From Clostridiales bacterium (GTDB taxonomy: Bacteria > Bacillota > Clostridia > Oscillospirales > Oscillospiraceae), in assembly GCA_004556345.1 (NCBI GenBank), contig SFHQ01000008.1, positions 16,540 to 80,539 on the forward strand: a stretch of DNA of 64,000 nt. Direction: 5' to 3'. Each line of letters starts with the position of its first letter. Within the stretch, counting starts at the first letter, position 1. Below, piece by piece: positions 27,582 to 36,718 of the stretch. A model generated the notes under the pieces. That model was not told the origin of the DNA. It made no database searches and saw nothing but the letters and a program-made list of their open reading frames with translations. The position numbers and the translations under genes were made by a program.

Positions 27582-28781
27582 ATGAAGCACCTGTTCCCCG
27601 GCGCCACCGGGCATTTCTCCCTCATCCAGGGATGCTATTGGATGACCTATTGTATCCTCATCTCTTTCTCCAGCCTGTACCTGCTGGACCGGGGCTTCAC
27701 AAACACCCAGATCGGCCTGCTCCTGGGCATAGCCGGTCTGACCGCTGCGATCCTCCAGCCCTTCGTCGGGGCCAAGGGGGACCACCTGAAGGCCCTCTCC
27801 CTGCGGCAGTTCACCTCCCTCCCAATCGCCGCCATGATCCTCTGCGGCGTGGGCCTGTTCCTCGTCCCTGCCAAGCCCGTCCAGGCGGCGCTGTACATGG
27901 TCCTGCTGGTCCTGCTTCAGCTGCTCACCCCCCTCATCTACTCCCTGGGCATGGACTGCCTCAACAATCATATCGAGCTGAACTTCGGCCTGGCCCGCGG
28001 CATCGGCGGCGGGACCTATGCCCTGGCCTCTGCCGTCTGCGGCTCCCTGGCCGCTGCCCTGGGGGCCAGGGTCATCCCCCTGGTCCTGGTGGTCGCCGTG
28101 GCGCTCATGCTGGCCTTTACCTTCACCTTCCGCCAGGGCGGCCCCGTCAAAGCCACCCTGCCCAAGCCCGACGCCCTGCCTCAGTCCGACGGCACCCCTT
28201 TCCTGAAAAAGTACCCCCAGGTGCTGCCCCTGCTCATCGGCGTCATCCTGCTTTACACCAGCCACAACGTCATCATGAACTTCCCCTACCAGATCGTCCA
28301 AAGCCTGGGCTGCGGCAGCGCGGAGATGGGCCACTACCTGACCTTACAGAGCCTCATGGACATCCCCGCCATGGTCGTCTTCTCCCTGCTTCTCAAGCGG
28401 GCCTCCAGCCGCGCCTGGGTGCGCCTGACGGGCATCTCCTTCTTCCTGCACGCCCTGCTCACCTGGCTGGCCCCCAACCTGCCCTTCCTGATGGTGGTCC
28501 AGGTCTTTGAGATGTCTGGCTACGCCCTCTACTCCGTCTCCTCCGTCTACTTTGTCAACGAGATGGTAGACCTCTGCGACCGCGTCCAGGGCCAGACCTA
28601 CTTCACCATGGCCAACACCATCGGCATCGTCCTCAGCAGCGTCCTGGGCGGCCGCCTGCTGGACCTGGGCGGTGCCTCCGCGGCCCTCTGCCTGGCTACC
28701 GTCACCGGCGCCGCCGGCATGGTCATCCTCTGGATCCTCCTCCGCCGCAAATCCCTCCGCCCCGCCACGAACGCCGCCTAA
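27582..28781 (+). CDS. MFS transporter (LacY/MFS_1-like)
   Basis: 12 TM segments; YLLDRGFTNTQIG, NFGLARGIGG, DRVQGQ. Confidence 0.88.
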   Translation: MKHLFPGATGHFSLIQGCYWMTYCILISFSSLYLLDRGFTNTQIGLLLGIAGLTAAILQPFVGAKGDHLKALSLRQFTSLPIAAMILCGVGLFLVPAKPVQAALYMVLLVLLQLLTPLIYSLGMDCLNNHIELNFGLARGIGGGTYALASAVCGSLAAALGARVIPLVLVVAVALMLAFTFTFRQGGPVKATLPKPDALPQSDGTPFLKKYPQVLPLLIGVILLYTSHNVIMNFPYQIVQSLGCGSAEMGHYLTLQSLMDIPAMVVFSLLLKRASSRAWVRLTGISFFLHALLTWLAPNLPFLMVVQVFEMSGYALYSVSSVYFVNEMVDLCDRVQGQTYFTMANTIGIVLSSVLGGRLLDLGGASAALCLATVTGAAGMVILWILLRRKSLRPATNAA

Positions 28782-28797
28782 ACTATCCCAAGACACA

Positions 28798-28857
28798 ACA
28801 CAGCCCAGCACGGTTTTTTTGTTTCCGTGCTGGGCTGTGTTCGTGCTGGGCTGTGTT
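28798..28857. terminator. Terminator hairpin with its 16-bp 3' arm tandemly duplicated
   Basis: aacacagcccagcacgg / ccgtgctgggctgtgtt; cgtgctgggctgtgtt occurs at 28826-28841 and 28842-28857. Confidence 0.7.
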
Positions 28858-29168
28858 TATGCTCTAATGATTCCCGTCTTTCGTGGGAAAAGCGGATCGT
28901 TCTTTGTAAGCGATAGCAAACGGCAAGCCGCTCCTTCTGGATGATTACGCCCTGCTTCCCAGGCTTCCACCGTTTTGATGGACACCCCCATATACTCTGC
29001 AAACAACCGCTGCGTCAGTCCGGTGCTATGGCGTATCTCTTTGATCTCCTCTGGCCGGTACCGCTCGACAGGCGAAATAGATAACGTAGTCGTGCGAGCA
29101 GACAGAGTCCCTTTTTCATAGGCAACCGCTTCTTCTAATCCCAATTTGATTTTATCAAATACGCTCAT
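28857..29168 (-). CDS. HigA-like XRE helix-turn-helix antitoxin
   Basis: MSVFDKIKLGLEEA...EIKEIR..GLTQRLFAEYMGVSIKTVEAWEAGRNHP; lower GC than the flanks. Confidence 0.85.
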   Translation of the reverse strand: MSVFDKIKLGLEEAVAYEKGTLSARTTTLSISPVERYRPEEIKEIRHSTGLTQRLFAEYMGVSIKTVEAWEAGRNHPEGAACRLLSLTKNDPLFPRKTGIIRA

Positions 29169-29169
29169 A

Positions 29170-29396
29170 TTATGACCCCTTTCTGGCCTGATCTTCTAGC
29201 TGGTACTCCAGTATCTCAACGATTTGTCTGAACTCGTTTCTCTCTGCCTTCGACAGGTTATCCTTCTCGCTTTTAGGATATGCCGTCAGCAAGAAGATTT
29301 TCTCATAAACTTCAAAGTCAATATAAATCACACGGACACTTCCGCTCTTTCCTCTATCTTCAAACGCAAATCGCATTTTGCGAACGCCGCCTGTTT
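29170..29396 (-). pseudogene. 5'-truncated RelE/HigB2-type toxin
   Basis: TGGVRKMRF..RGKSGSVRVIY..IFLLTAYPKSEKDNLS is the C-terminal two-thirds of a HigB2-type toxin; upstream is REPIN flank rather than toxin sequence. Confidence 0.8.
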
Positions 29397-29407
29397 CCCA
29401 ATCTCCC

Positions 29408-29512
29408 GTAGGGGCCGCAGACCCCTGCGGCCCGCTCGTCTGGGGCAGTGGGATGTTTCGTTTTGTGGTACCGCGCGGCAGGTTGCGGGCCGCAGAGGTC
29501 TGCGGCCCCTAC
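29408..29512. repeat. REPIN doublet 1 (105 bp)
   Basis: Inverted REPs at 29408-29433 and 29487-29512 with a 53-bp spacer shared with copies 2 and 3. Confidence 0.9.
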
Positions 29513-29531
29513 GAGAAATGACATAGCCGAT

Positions 29532-29969
29532 TTACTGCCAATGCTTCAACTTCGGCAGCATCGCTTCCAAATAGCCCCGCACCGCCTCCGGTGGCCAAGT
29601 CTCGCTGCTCATGTGCTGAACCAGGAACTCCGTCAGCTGTTCCAAGCTGGTGTAGACGAAGGCCCCGTCTGCATAGCACCACTTGCAGTAGTCCTCGTTG
29701 AAACTGCCGTCCGGTTCTCTGCTGAGGGTATCCTCTTCCAGGGGCATCCCACAGCACTGACAGACCAGCTTCCGGGGCGATCCCAGCAGGGTATTGATGG
29801 ACACGTCAAAGAGCTTCGAGAGCCGTTTCAGCGTCTCCGTATTAGGAACCGTCTCCCCCTGCTCCCAGCGGGAGACTGCCTGCCGGGTCACATAGACCCG
29901 CTCGGCCAATTCTTCCTGAGAAAGCCCGTTTTTCACCCGCAGTTCCAAAATGATCTGTTTCGCTTCCAT
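29532..29969 (-). CDS. XRE-family HTH protein with C-terminal putative zinc ribbon
   Basis: GLSQEELAERVYVTRQAVSRWEQGETVP; CQCCGMP...YCKWCY; RBS GAGGTG. Confidence 0.88.
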   Translation of the reverse strand: MEAKQIILELRVKNGLSQEELAERVYVTRQAVSRWEQGETVPNTETLKRLSKLFDVSINTLLGSPRKLVCQCCGMPLEEDTLSREPDGSFNEDYCKWCYADGAFVYTSLEQLTEFLVQHMSSETWPPEAVRGYLEAMLPKLKHWQ

Positions 29970-30049
29970 GGTACACATCACCTCACAGACAGGATACCAC
30001 AGCTTCCCCCAGAAGCCAAGCAACTGCCAGTTGCCCTTCCCAATCTCCC

Positions 30050-30154
30050 GTAGGGGCCGCAGACCCCTGCGGCCCGCTCATCTGGGGGAGCTGCATGTTT
30101 CGTTTTGTGGTACCGCGCGGCAGGCTGCGGGCCGCAGAGGTCTGCGGCCCCTAC
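30050..30154. repeat. REPIN doublet 2 (105 bp)
   Basis: Near-identical to doublet 1, including flanks tcccaatctccc and aaatg..atagcc..tttactgccaat. Confidence 0.9.
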
Positions 30155-30270
30155 AAGAAATGGTATAGCCCGGTTTACTGCCAATACAGAGACCACCTTC
30201 TAGAAAAATATTCTTTTTACTGTCTACTTGACAGGGGGCACATCACCAAAACCATGCTGGGCTGTTTACA

Positions 30271-30450
30271 TCATCTGTTTCTCTCTGCAACCAGAATCCT
30301 CGTCCAGGCTGCTTCCATGACTTCCTCATGGGTGAGGCGCTTCGTCGTGCTTTCGGCCTCTCGCTCTGCCTCCCGCAGTTTCTCGTAGACCTCGTTTTCA
30401 TAGTCAATCGTCTCTTCCAGCCCTTGCTTATTTTTTTCAAATATGCCCAT
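30271..30450 (-). CDS. 59-aa protein resembling the C-terminal part of Phd/YefM-type antitoxins
   Basis: ATG 30450 after AAAGGATGG; YENEVYEKLREAEREAESTTKRLTHEEVM. Confidence 0.5.
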   Translation of the reverse strand: MGIFEKNKQGLEETIDYENEVYEKLREAEREAESTTKRLTHEEVMEAAWTRILVAERNR

Positions 30451-30477
30451 AAATTCCACCCATCCTTTCACACTTTT

Positions 30478-30582
30478 GTAGGGGCCGCAGACCCCTGCGG
30501 CCCGCTCGTCTGGGGGAGCTGCATGTTTCGTTTTGTGGTACCGCGCGGCAGGTTGCGGGCCGCAGAGGTCTGCGGCCCCTAC
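30478..30582. repeat. REPIN doublet 3 (105 bp)
   Basis: Near-identical to doublets 1 and 2. Confidence 0.9.
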
Positions 30583-30643
30583 GAAAAAATCCGTAAGAAG
30601 TTCGTAAAAATCACATGAAAAATCCGTGGAATAGTCGATGCGC

Positions 30644-31978
30644 TCAGTTTCCTTGCGCCAGGCTCTTCCTCCAAACGCCCGACCGCTCGTAAAGATACCC
30701 CAGGGGGACGGACGAGGCCGGGGCGATGGCACAGGCCCAGAAGATGCCGACCAGGCCGAAGAAGTGGTTCAGGATGAGCGCCAGGATCACGCGGGCCACG
30801 ATGCAGTTGAGCAGGCTGGAGCCGAGGGCAAACATGGTGTTGCCCGCGCCCAGGGGCAGGGCATTGTAGACCATGAAGCTGGCGTAGAAAATTTGGCCCA
30901 CGATCTCGATCCGCAGGTTTTGCAGGGCGATGGCCTGGGTCACCGCGTCGGGGTGGAAGATGGCCAGCAGCTGCGGGGCAAACAGCTCCACGAGGACAAT
31001 GAGCACCGCCGTCACCGAGAGGGAAATGCGCATGGCAACGTGGACCACCCGGCTGGCCCGGTCGAATTTCTTTGCCCCCAGACACTGGGCGACCATGGTC
31101 GTGGCGGCGGTGTAGAGGGCCAGGGTGCAAAGCAGGGCCACGTCCTTGATCTTCGCGCAGATGCCGCTGGCGGCGGAGGCCTCGACCCCGTACTGGTTGA
31201 TGAGGAAGGTCATGGCCAGCCAGGAAAGGCCCACCACGGTCATCTGCACCGCGCAGGGGATGCCCAGCTTGAGCATCTGCCCCAGCTTGTCCCGGTGCAT
31301 CCTCAGGGCCTTGCGGGCCAGGCCGAAAAGGTCCTTGTGCTTCAGAACGTAGGCCAGGCAGACGACGAAGCTCGCCAGCTGCGCCAGCATGGTCGCCAGG
31401 GCCGCGCCCCGCACGCCCCACTGGAAGGTTCCCATGAAAAGGCAGTCCAGCACGATGTTGCACACGGCAGTGACCGCCACGCAGTAGAACGGCTGCCGGG
31501 AGTTGCCCACCGAGCGCAGCATGGCAGAGAGCGCATTGTAGCCAAAGATCGGAAGGATCCCCAGGGCGCAGATCTGGAGGTAGGCCGTCGCCTCGTCCAG
31601 CGTCGGGGCCTTCAGCCCCACCAGGATGGGGCGGCTCAGGAAATAAATGACCCCCGTCATGATGAGGCCCGCCAGGATCGCAAAGCCGAAAATGGTCGTA
31701 TTGGTCTTGAGGCGGTTGTCCCGGTCTTTCGCCCCGAAATACTGGCCCATGAGGATGTTGCCGCCGGTGGTGATGCCCAGGATGACTTGGGTGAGGATCT
31801 GCATGACCTGGCTGGCGTTGTTGATGGCGGAGATGCCGTCCTTCCCGATGAACCACCCGGCCACGATCAGGTCCGTGATGGCATAGGCCGACTGGAGCAG
31901 CGAGGAGAGCACCACCGGCCAGGCATAGACGAGTAATTTTTTCCAGATGACCCCTTCGGTCAGGTCCATCTGACGCAT
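30644..31978 (-). CDS. MATE family efflux transporter
   Basis: MDLTEG, GQYFGAKD, LRSVGNSRQP, NIVLD, GVRGAALAT; RBS AGGAGGTG. Confidence 0.92.
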   Translation of the reverse strand: MRQMDLTEGVIWKKLLVYAWPVVLSSLLQSAYAITDLIVAGWFIGKDGISAINNASQVMQILTQVILGITTGGNILMGQYFGAKDRDNRLKTNTTIFGFAILAGLIMTGVIYFLSRPILVGLKAPTLDEATAYLQICALGILPIFGYNALSAMLRSVGNSRQPFYCVAVTAVCNIVLDCLFMGTFQWGVRGAALATMLAQLASFVVCLAYVLKHKDLFGLARKALRMHRDKLGQMLKLGIPCAVQMTVVGLSWLAMTFLINQYGVEASAASGICAKIKDVALLCTLALYTAATTMVAQCLGAKKFDRASRVVHVAMRISLSVTAVLIVLVELFAPQLLAIFHPDAVTQAIALQNLRIEIVGQIFYASFMVYNALPLGAGNTMFALGSSLLNCIVARVILALILNHFFGLVGIFWACAIAPASSVPLGYLYERSGVWRKSLAQGN

Positions 31979-32227
31979 GGGCAGCACCTCCTGTTTCGGT
32001 CCCTGTTGCTTGCAATCGAAATGATCTGTCTGGTTTTATTCGCTATGATACCATAAAATCCGCCGATTTGGAAGGGAAACCCCCGGCGGCGGGGGAAGAT
32101 TCGTCACTTTCCGAATTGTCTCTCTCTCCGTTCTGTGCTATGATATCATATCAGTGCCTGCTGTGCGGCAGCGCACACCCCAAAATTGACCAGAGAGACT
32201 AGAAAGAAAGAGAAAGGCGGACATGCC

Positions 32228-33589
32228 GTGAATATACTCATCGTAGGCGCCGGCAAGGTAGGCTCTACCCTGGCCGACTATCTCTCCCGCGAAAACCATA
32301 ACGTGACCATCATTGACAACGATGACGAGGCCATCCACCGGGCCAGCGACACGCTGGACGTCATGTGCATCAAAGGCCCCGGCGCTGCCCCCTCCGTCCT
32401 CCGGGAGGGCGGCGCAGGCGAGGCCGACCTGGTCCTGGCCACCACCAACATGGACGAGGTGAACATGCTCTGCGCCCTCACCTCCAAGCGCCTGGGGGCC
32501 AAATATACCATCGCCCGCATCCGGGACGTGGCCTACACCGAGGACCTGGCCTCCCTCCAGAAGGACCTGAGCATCGACTCGGTCATCAACCCCGAATACT
32601 CCACCGCCTTAGAAATTTCCCGCCTGCTCCGCTTCCCCGCAGCGGCCAACGTGGATACCTTCTTCCGGGGCAAGGTGGAGATGCTGGGCGTCCGCGTCCG
32701 GGAGACAGACTCCATCGTGGGCCATCCCCTTTCAGAGCTGTTCGGCCACAACAGCCCAAACATCCTCTTCTCCGCCTGCGAGCGCAAGGGGCAGGTCATC
32801 ATCCCCAACGGCGACTTCGTCCCCCAGGCCGGGGACAAGCTCTATGTCACCGGCACCCCCAGGGACCTCTCCGCCTACCTGCGGACCCTGGGCCGGGACC
32901 TGCCGAAGATCCACTCGGCCTTTCTCATCGGCGGCAGCCGCATCGCCCACTATCTGTCCAAGCTCCTGCTGTCCATGGGCGTGCGCGTGACGCTCGTCGA
33001 GAACAACGAGGAGCACTGCCGCCGCCTGTCCGAGTGGCTCCCCGACGCCCTGGTCCTACACGGCGACGGCACGGATCAGGAGCTGCTGGCCTCCGAGCAT
33101 TTCACCAACAACGACGCCTTCATCGCCCTGACCGGCCGGGACGAGGACAACCTCATCTCCGCCCTCTATGCCCAGCAGCAGGGCATCCGCAAGGTCGTCG
33201 CCAAGAGCAACCGGATGAACTACTCCGCCGTCGTCCAGGCCGCGGGCCTGGACTGCGTGGTGGCCCCCAAGCTCATCACCGTGGCCCGCATCCTCCGGCT
33301 GGTCCGGGGCCTGCAAGACAAAAGCGGCAGCGTCATGACCGCCCTCTACCAGATCGCCGACACCGACGCCGAGGCCGCCGAGTTCCTCCTCCGGGACAAC
33401 ACCCCCCACCTGGGCGTGCCTTTGAAAGACCTGCCCATCCGCAAGGGTTTCTTAATTGCCGCCCTGCTCCACGAGAAGAAAGTCATCATCCCCTCCGGCG
33501 GCACCGTCCTGTCGGCCGGGGACCGGGTCATCGTCATCTCCCACAGCACCGACATCCAGGCCTTCCGAGACATCTTTGAAAAGCTCTGA
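32228..33589 (+). CDS. trkA: Trk potassium uptake regulatory subunit
   Basis: Two RCK units (IVGAGKVG; IGGSRIA, HGDGTD, DEDNL); GTG start. Confidence 0.92.
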   Translation: MNILIVGAGKVGSTLADYLSRENHNVTIIDNDDEAIHRASDTLDVMCIKGPGAAPSVLREGGAGEADLVLATTNMDEVNMLCALTSKRLGAKYTIARIRDVAYTEDLASLQKDLSIDSVINPEYSTALEISRLLRFPAAANVDTFFRGKVEMLGVRVRETDSIVGHPLSELFGHNSPNILFSACERKGQVIIPNGDFVPQAGDKLYVTGTPRDLSAYLRTLGRDLPKIHSAFLIGGSRIAHYLSKLLLSMGVRVTLVENNEEHCRRLSEWLPDALVLHGDGTDQELLASEHFTNNDAFIALTGRDEDNLISALYAQQQGIRKVVAKSNRMNYSAVVQAAGLDCVVAPKLITVARILRLVRGLQDKSGSVMTALYQIADTDAEAAEFLLRDNTPHLGVPLKDLPIRKGFLIAALLHEKKVIIPSGGTVLSAGDRVIVISHSTDIQAFRDIFEKL

Positions 33590-33601
33590 GGGGGGCGGAC
33601 G

Positions 33602-35038
33602 ATGAACTATAAGCTCATGCTGCGTATGCTGGGACGGACGCTCCAGGTGGAAGCCCTCTGCCTCCTCCTGCCCCTGCTGGTCGCCCTGTGGTACCACGAG
33701 GACCCCCGCCCCTTCCTCTATACCATCGTCCCCGTGGCCCTGCTGGGCTTCGCCCTGGCCCGGATCCCGTCCCGTGACGCCTTCTTCTCCCGCGAGAGCT
33801 TCACCGTGGTGGGCCTCATCTGGCTGGCGTTCAGTCTGTTCGGGGCCTTGCCCTTCTGGTTCTCCGGGGAATTTCAGAGCTTTGCCGACTGTCTCTTCGA
33901 GATCGTCTCCGGCTTCACCACCTCCGGCGGCACCGTCCTGGCAGACATCGAGGCCCTGCCCCGCGGCATCCTGTTCTGGCGGTCCTTCGCCTCCTGGATC
34001 GGGGGCATGGGCGTGCTGCTCTTCACGCTGGCCTTTCTGCCCCGCGTGGGCGGCCGGACCCAGGTGCTGGTCCACGCAGAGGTCCCCGGCCCCATCTTCT
34101 CCAAGCTGGTGCCCAAGACCGTCCAGTCCTCCCAAATTTTATATATAATGTACTTCGTCCTCACCGGGGCGGAGATCCTGGCCTTTCTTCTTGCGGGCCT
34201 GCCCCTCTACGACGCCGTGGTCACCACCTTCGCCTGCGTCTGCACCGGCGGCTTCTCCGTCATGAACCTGAGCATCGGGGCTTACAGCCTGCCCGCCTGC
34301 GAGGTCATCGCCATCGTCTTCATGCTGCTCGGCTCGCTCAACTTCGCCCTGTTCTTTCTCGCCCTCACCGGTCGGGCCAAGCAGGTGATCAAAAGCGACG
34401 AGCTGCAATTCTTCCTCCTCATCGTGGCAGGCGCCTCCCTCCTGATCTTCTGGAACATCCTGCCCCTGTACGACACGGCGGGTCACGCCCTGCGGGACGC
34501 CGTCTTCCAGGTGACCTCCGTCATCTCCACCTCCGGCTTCTCGACCACGGACTACAACCTCTGGCCCCCCTTCGCCCAGACGATCCTCGTCCTGCTCATG
34601 TTCGTGGGCGGCTGTTCGGGCAGCACGGCGGGCAGCATCAAGTGCGGGCGGATCTTACTGCTCCTGCGCTCCTCCACCCGCTCCCTCCTGCGCCTGTCCC
34701 ACCCCCGCGCCGTGCGCGTGGTGAAGCTCGACGGGAAGGTCGTCGATGAGGAGACGCTGCGCACCGTCTCGTCCTTCTTCCTCTGCTTCTTCGCCCTGCT
34801 GGGCGTGGGGTGCCTGGTGGTGTCGCTGGATGGCTACTCCCTCACCACGTCCTTCACCGCCGCCCTGGGCTGCCTGAGCAACGTCGGCCCCGGCCTGGAC
34901 CTGGTCGGCCCCATGGGGAACTTCGGGCTGCTGTCGGGCTTCAACAAGGTCTTTCTCTCCCTGCTGATGCTCATCGGGCGTCTGGAAATTTTCCCCATCT
35001 TGCTCCTGTTCCTTCCCTCCACCTGGCGGCGCTCCTGA
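33602..35038 (+). CDS. trkH: Trk potassium uptake membrane subunit, copy 1
   Basis: FGALPF, SGFTTSG, WIGGMG, CTGGF, STSGF, GGCSGSTAG, SNVGPG, GRLE. Confidence 0.92.
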   Translation: MNYKLMLRMLGRTLQVEALCLLLPLLVALWYHEDPRPFLYTIVPVALLGFALARIPSRDAFFSRESFTVVGLIWLAFSLFGALPFWFSGEFQSFADCLFEIVSGFTTSGGTVLADIEALPRGILFWRSFASWIGGMGVLLFTLAFLPRVGGRTQVLVHAEVPGPIFSKLVPKTVQSSQILYIMYFVLTGAEILAFLLAGLPLYDAVVTTFACVCTGGFSVMNLSIGAYSLPACEVIAIVFMLLGSLNFALFFLALTGRAKQVIKSDELQFFLLIVAGASLLIFWNILPLYDTAGHALRDAVFQVTSVISTSGFSTTDYNLWPPFAQTILVLLMFVGGCSGSTAGSIKCGRILLLLRSSTRSLLRLSHPRAVRVVKLDGKVVDEETLRTVSSFFLCFFALLGVGCLVVSLDGYSLTTSFTAALGCLSNVGPGLDLVGPMGNFGLLSGFNKVFLSLLMLIGRLEIFPILLLFLPSTWRRS

Positions 35039-35065
35039 TGCGCCGCCGCCGCTTTTCTGGTGACA

Positions 35066-36502
35066 ATGAACTATAAACTCATGCTGCGCACCCTGGGCCG
35101 TACCTTACAACTGGAAGCCCTGTGTCTGCTGCCCCCCCTGGTCACGGCCCTGCTCTACCACGAGGACCCCAAGCCCTTTGTCTGGACCATCGTCCTGGTG
35201 GCCCTGCTGGGCACGGCCCTGTCCCACCTGAAGGCCAAGCCGGAGTTTTACTCCCGCGAGGGCTACGCCGTCGTGGGCCTCATCTGGCTGACCCTGAGTC
35301 TCTTCGGGGCCTTGCCCTTCTTCTTTTCGGGGTATTTCCCCTCCTATATCGACAGCTTCTTTGAGGTCGTCTCCGGCTTCACCACCACGGGCTGCTCCAT
35401 CTTAACGGCCGTCGAAGGCCTGCCCCGCGGCATCCTGTTCTGGCGCTCGTTTTCCTCCTGGATCGGCGGCATGGGCGTGCTGATCTTCACCCTGGCCTTC
35501 CTGCCCAAGGTGGGCGGGCGGACCCAGGTGCTCGTCCAGGCGGAGGCCACCGGCCCCGTCTCCTCCAAGCTGGTGCCCAAGACGTCCCTCTCCTCCCGGA
35601 TCCTGTACACGATCTACATCGCCTTCACCGGGGCGGAGACCCTGGCCCTGTGCCTGGCGGGGATGCCCTTTTACGATGCCCTGCTGACGTCGTTTGCCAC
35701 GGCCTGCACCGGCGGCTTCTCCGTGCGCAACGCCAGCATCGCCGCCTACGGCCTGCCCGCCTGCGAGATCATCGTAACGGTCTTCATGCTCCTGTGCTCC
35801 GTGAACTTCGCCGTCTATTTCCTTCTCCTCACCCGCCGGCTCAAGCAAGCGCTCCAGAGCGACGAGCTGCGCTTCTTCCTCTGCGCCGTCCTGGGGGCCG
35901 TGGCCCTCATCTTTTGGAACCTCCTGCCCGCCTATGAAGCTGCCGGCCATACCATGCGGGACACCTGGTTCCAGGTGGCGTCGGTGGTCTCCACCTCCGG
36001 CTTCTCCACGGCGGACTTCGCCCAGTGGCCGGTCCTGTCCCAGCTCGTCTTGATCGGCCTCATGTTCTTGGGCGGCTGCGCCGGCAGCACGGCGGGCGGC
36101 ATCAAGTGCTCCCGCATCCTGCTCATGCTCCGCTGTGCCGGCCGCTCCCTCAGCCGCCTGAGCCACCCCAGAGCCACCAAAGTGGTCAAGCTGGACGGCA
36201 AGGCCGTGGATGAGGACACCCTGAACACCGTGTTCGTCTTCTTCTGCCTCTTCTTCCTGTTGCTGGGCGGCGGCTGCCTGCTGGTGTGCCTGGATGGGTT
36301 CGACCTGACCACGTCCTTTACCGCCGCGCTGACCTGCCTGAGCAACGTCGGCCCCGGCCTGGGGGCCGTGGGGCCGATGGAGAACTTTGCCGCCTTCTCC
36401 CCCCTGAGCAAGGTGGTCCTCTCCCTGGCCATGCTCATCGGCCGTTTGGAGATCTTCCCCATGCTCATCCTCTTCTCCCCCGCCACCTGGCGGAGGCACT
36501 GA
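35066..36502 (+). CDS. trkH: Trk potassium uptake membrane subunit, copy 2
   Basis: Same motifs as copy 1; close tandem paralog. Confidence 0.92.
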   Translation: MNYKLMLRTLGRTLQLEALCLLPPLVTALLYHEDPKPFVWTIVLVALLGTALSHLKAKPEFYSREGYAVVGLIWLTLSLFGALPFFFSGYFPSYIDSFFEVVSGFTTTGCSILTAVEGLPRGILFWRSFSSWIGGMGVLIFTLAFLPKVGGRTQVLVQAEATGPVSSKLVPKTSLSSRILYTIYIAFTGAETLALCLAGMPFYDALLTSFATACTGGFSVRNASIAAYGLPACEIIVTVFMLLCSVNFAVYFLLLTRRLKQALQSDELRFFLCAVLGAVALIFWNLLPAYEAAGHTMRDTWFQVASVVSTSGFSTADFAQWPVLSQLVLIGLMFLGGCAGSTAGGIKCSRILLMLRCAGRSLSRLSHPRATKVVKLDGKAVDEDTLNTVFVFFCLFFLLLGGGCLLVCLDGFDLTTSFTAALTCLSNVGPGLGAVGPMENFAAFSPLSKVVLSLAMLIGRLEIFPMLILFSPATWRRH

Positions 36503-36718
36503 GCAGCAATGCAGAAAAAAATGCACCCCCTGTAAAATATCCCTTTTTTGTGGAATTTTCGTCGAGGTTTTTTGTCATTTTTGTGAAATCCTTTGGAAAC
36601 TTCAGAAAAATCTTGGAGATACTCTTGCAAATCCCTTTTCTTATGCTAAAATTGGTGTGTTATCCGTAAAGGCATTGTCAATCCCGGGCAATGCGAACAA
36701 AAAAAAGGAGTGTCGTAA

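Noticed and set aside
29408..30582. CRISPR array
   Set aside because: Repeats are 105 bp with 323- and 537-bp gene-containing intervals, and there are no cas genes. The structure fits REP doublets.
31990..32227. c-di-AMP (ydaO) riboswitch upstream of trkA
   Set aside because: No recognisable conserved motif and no leader terminator.
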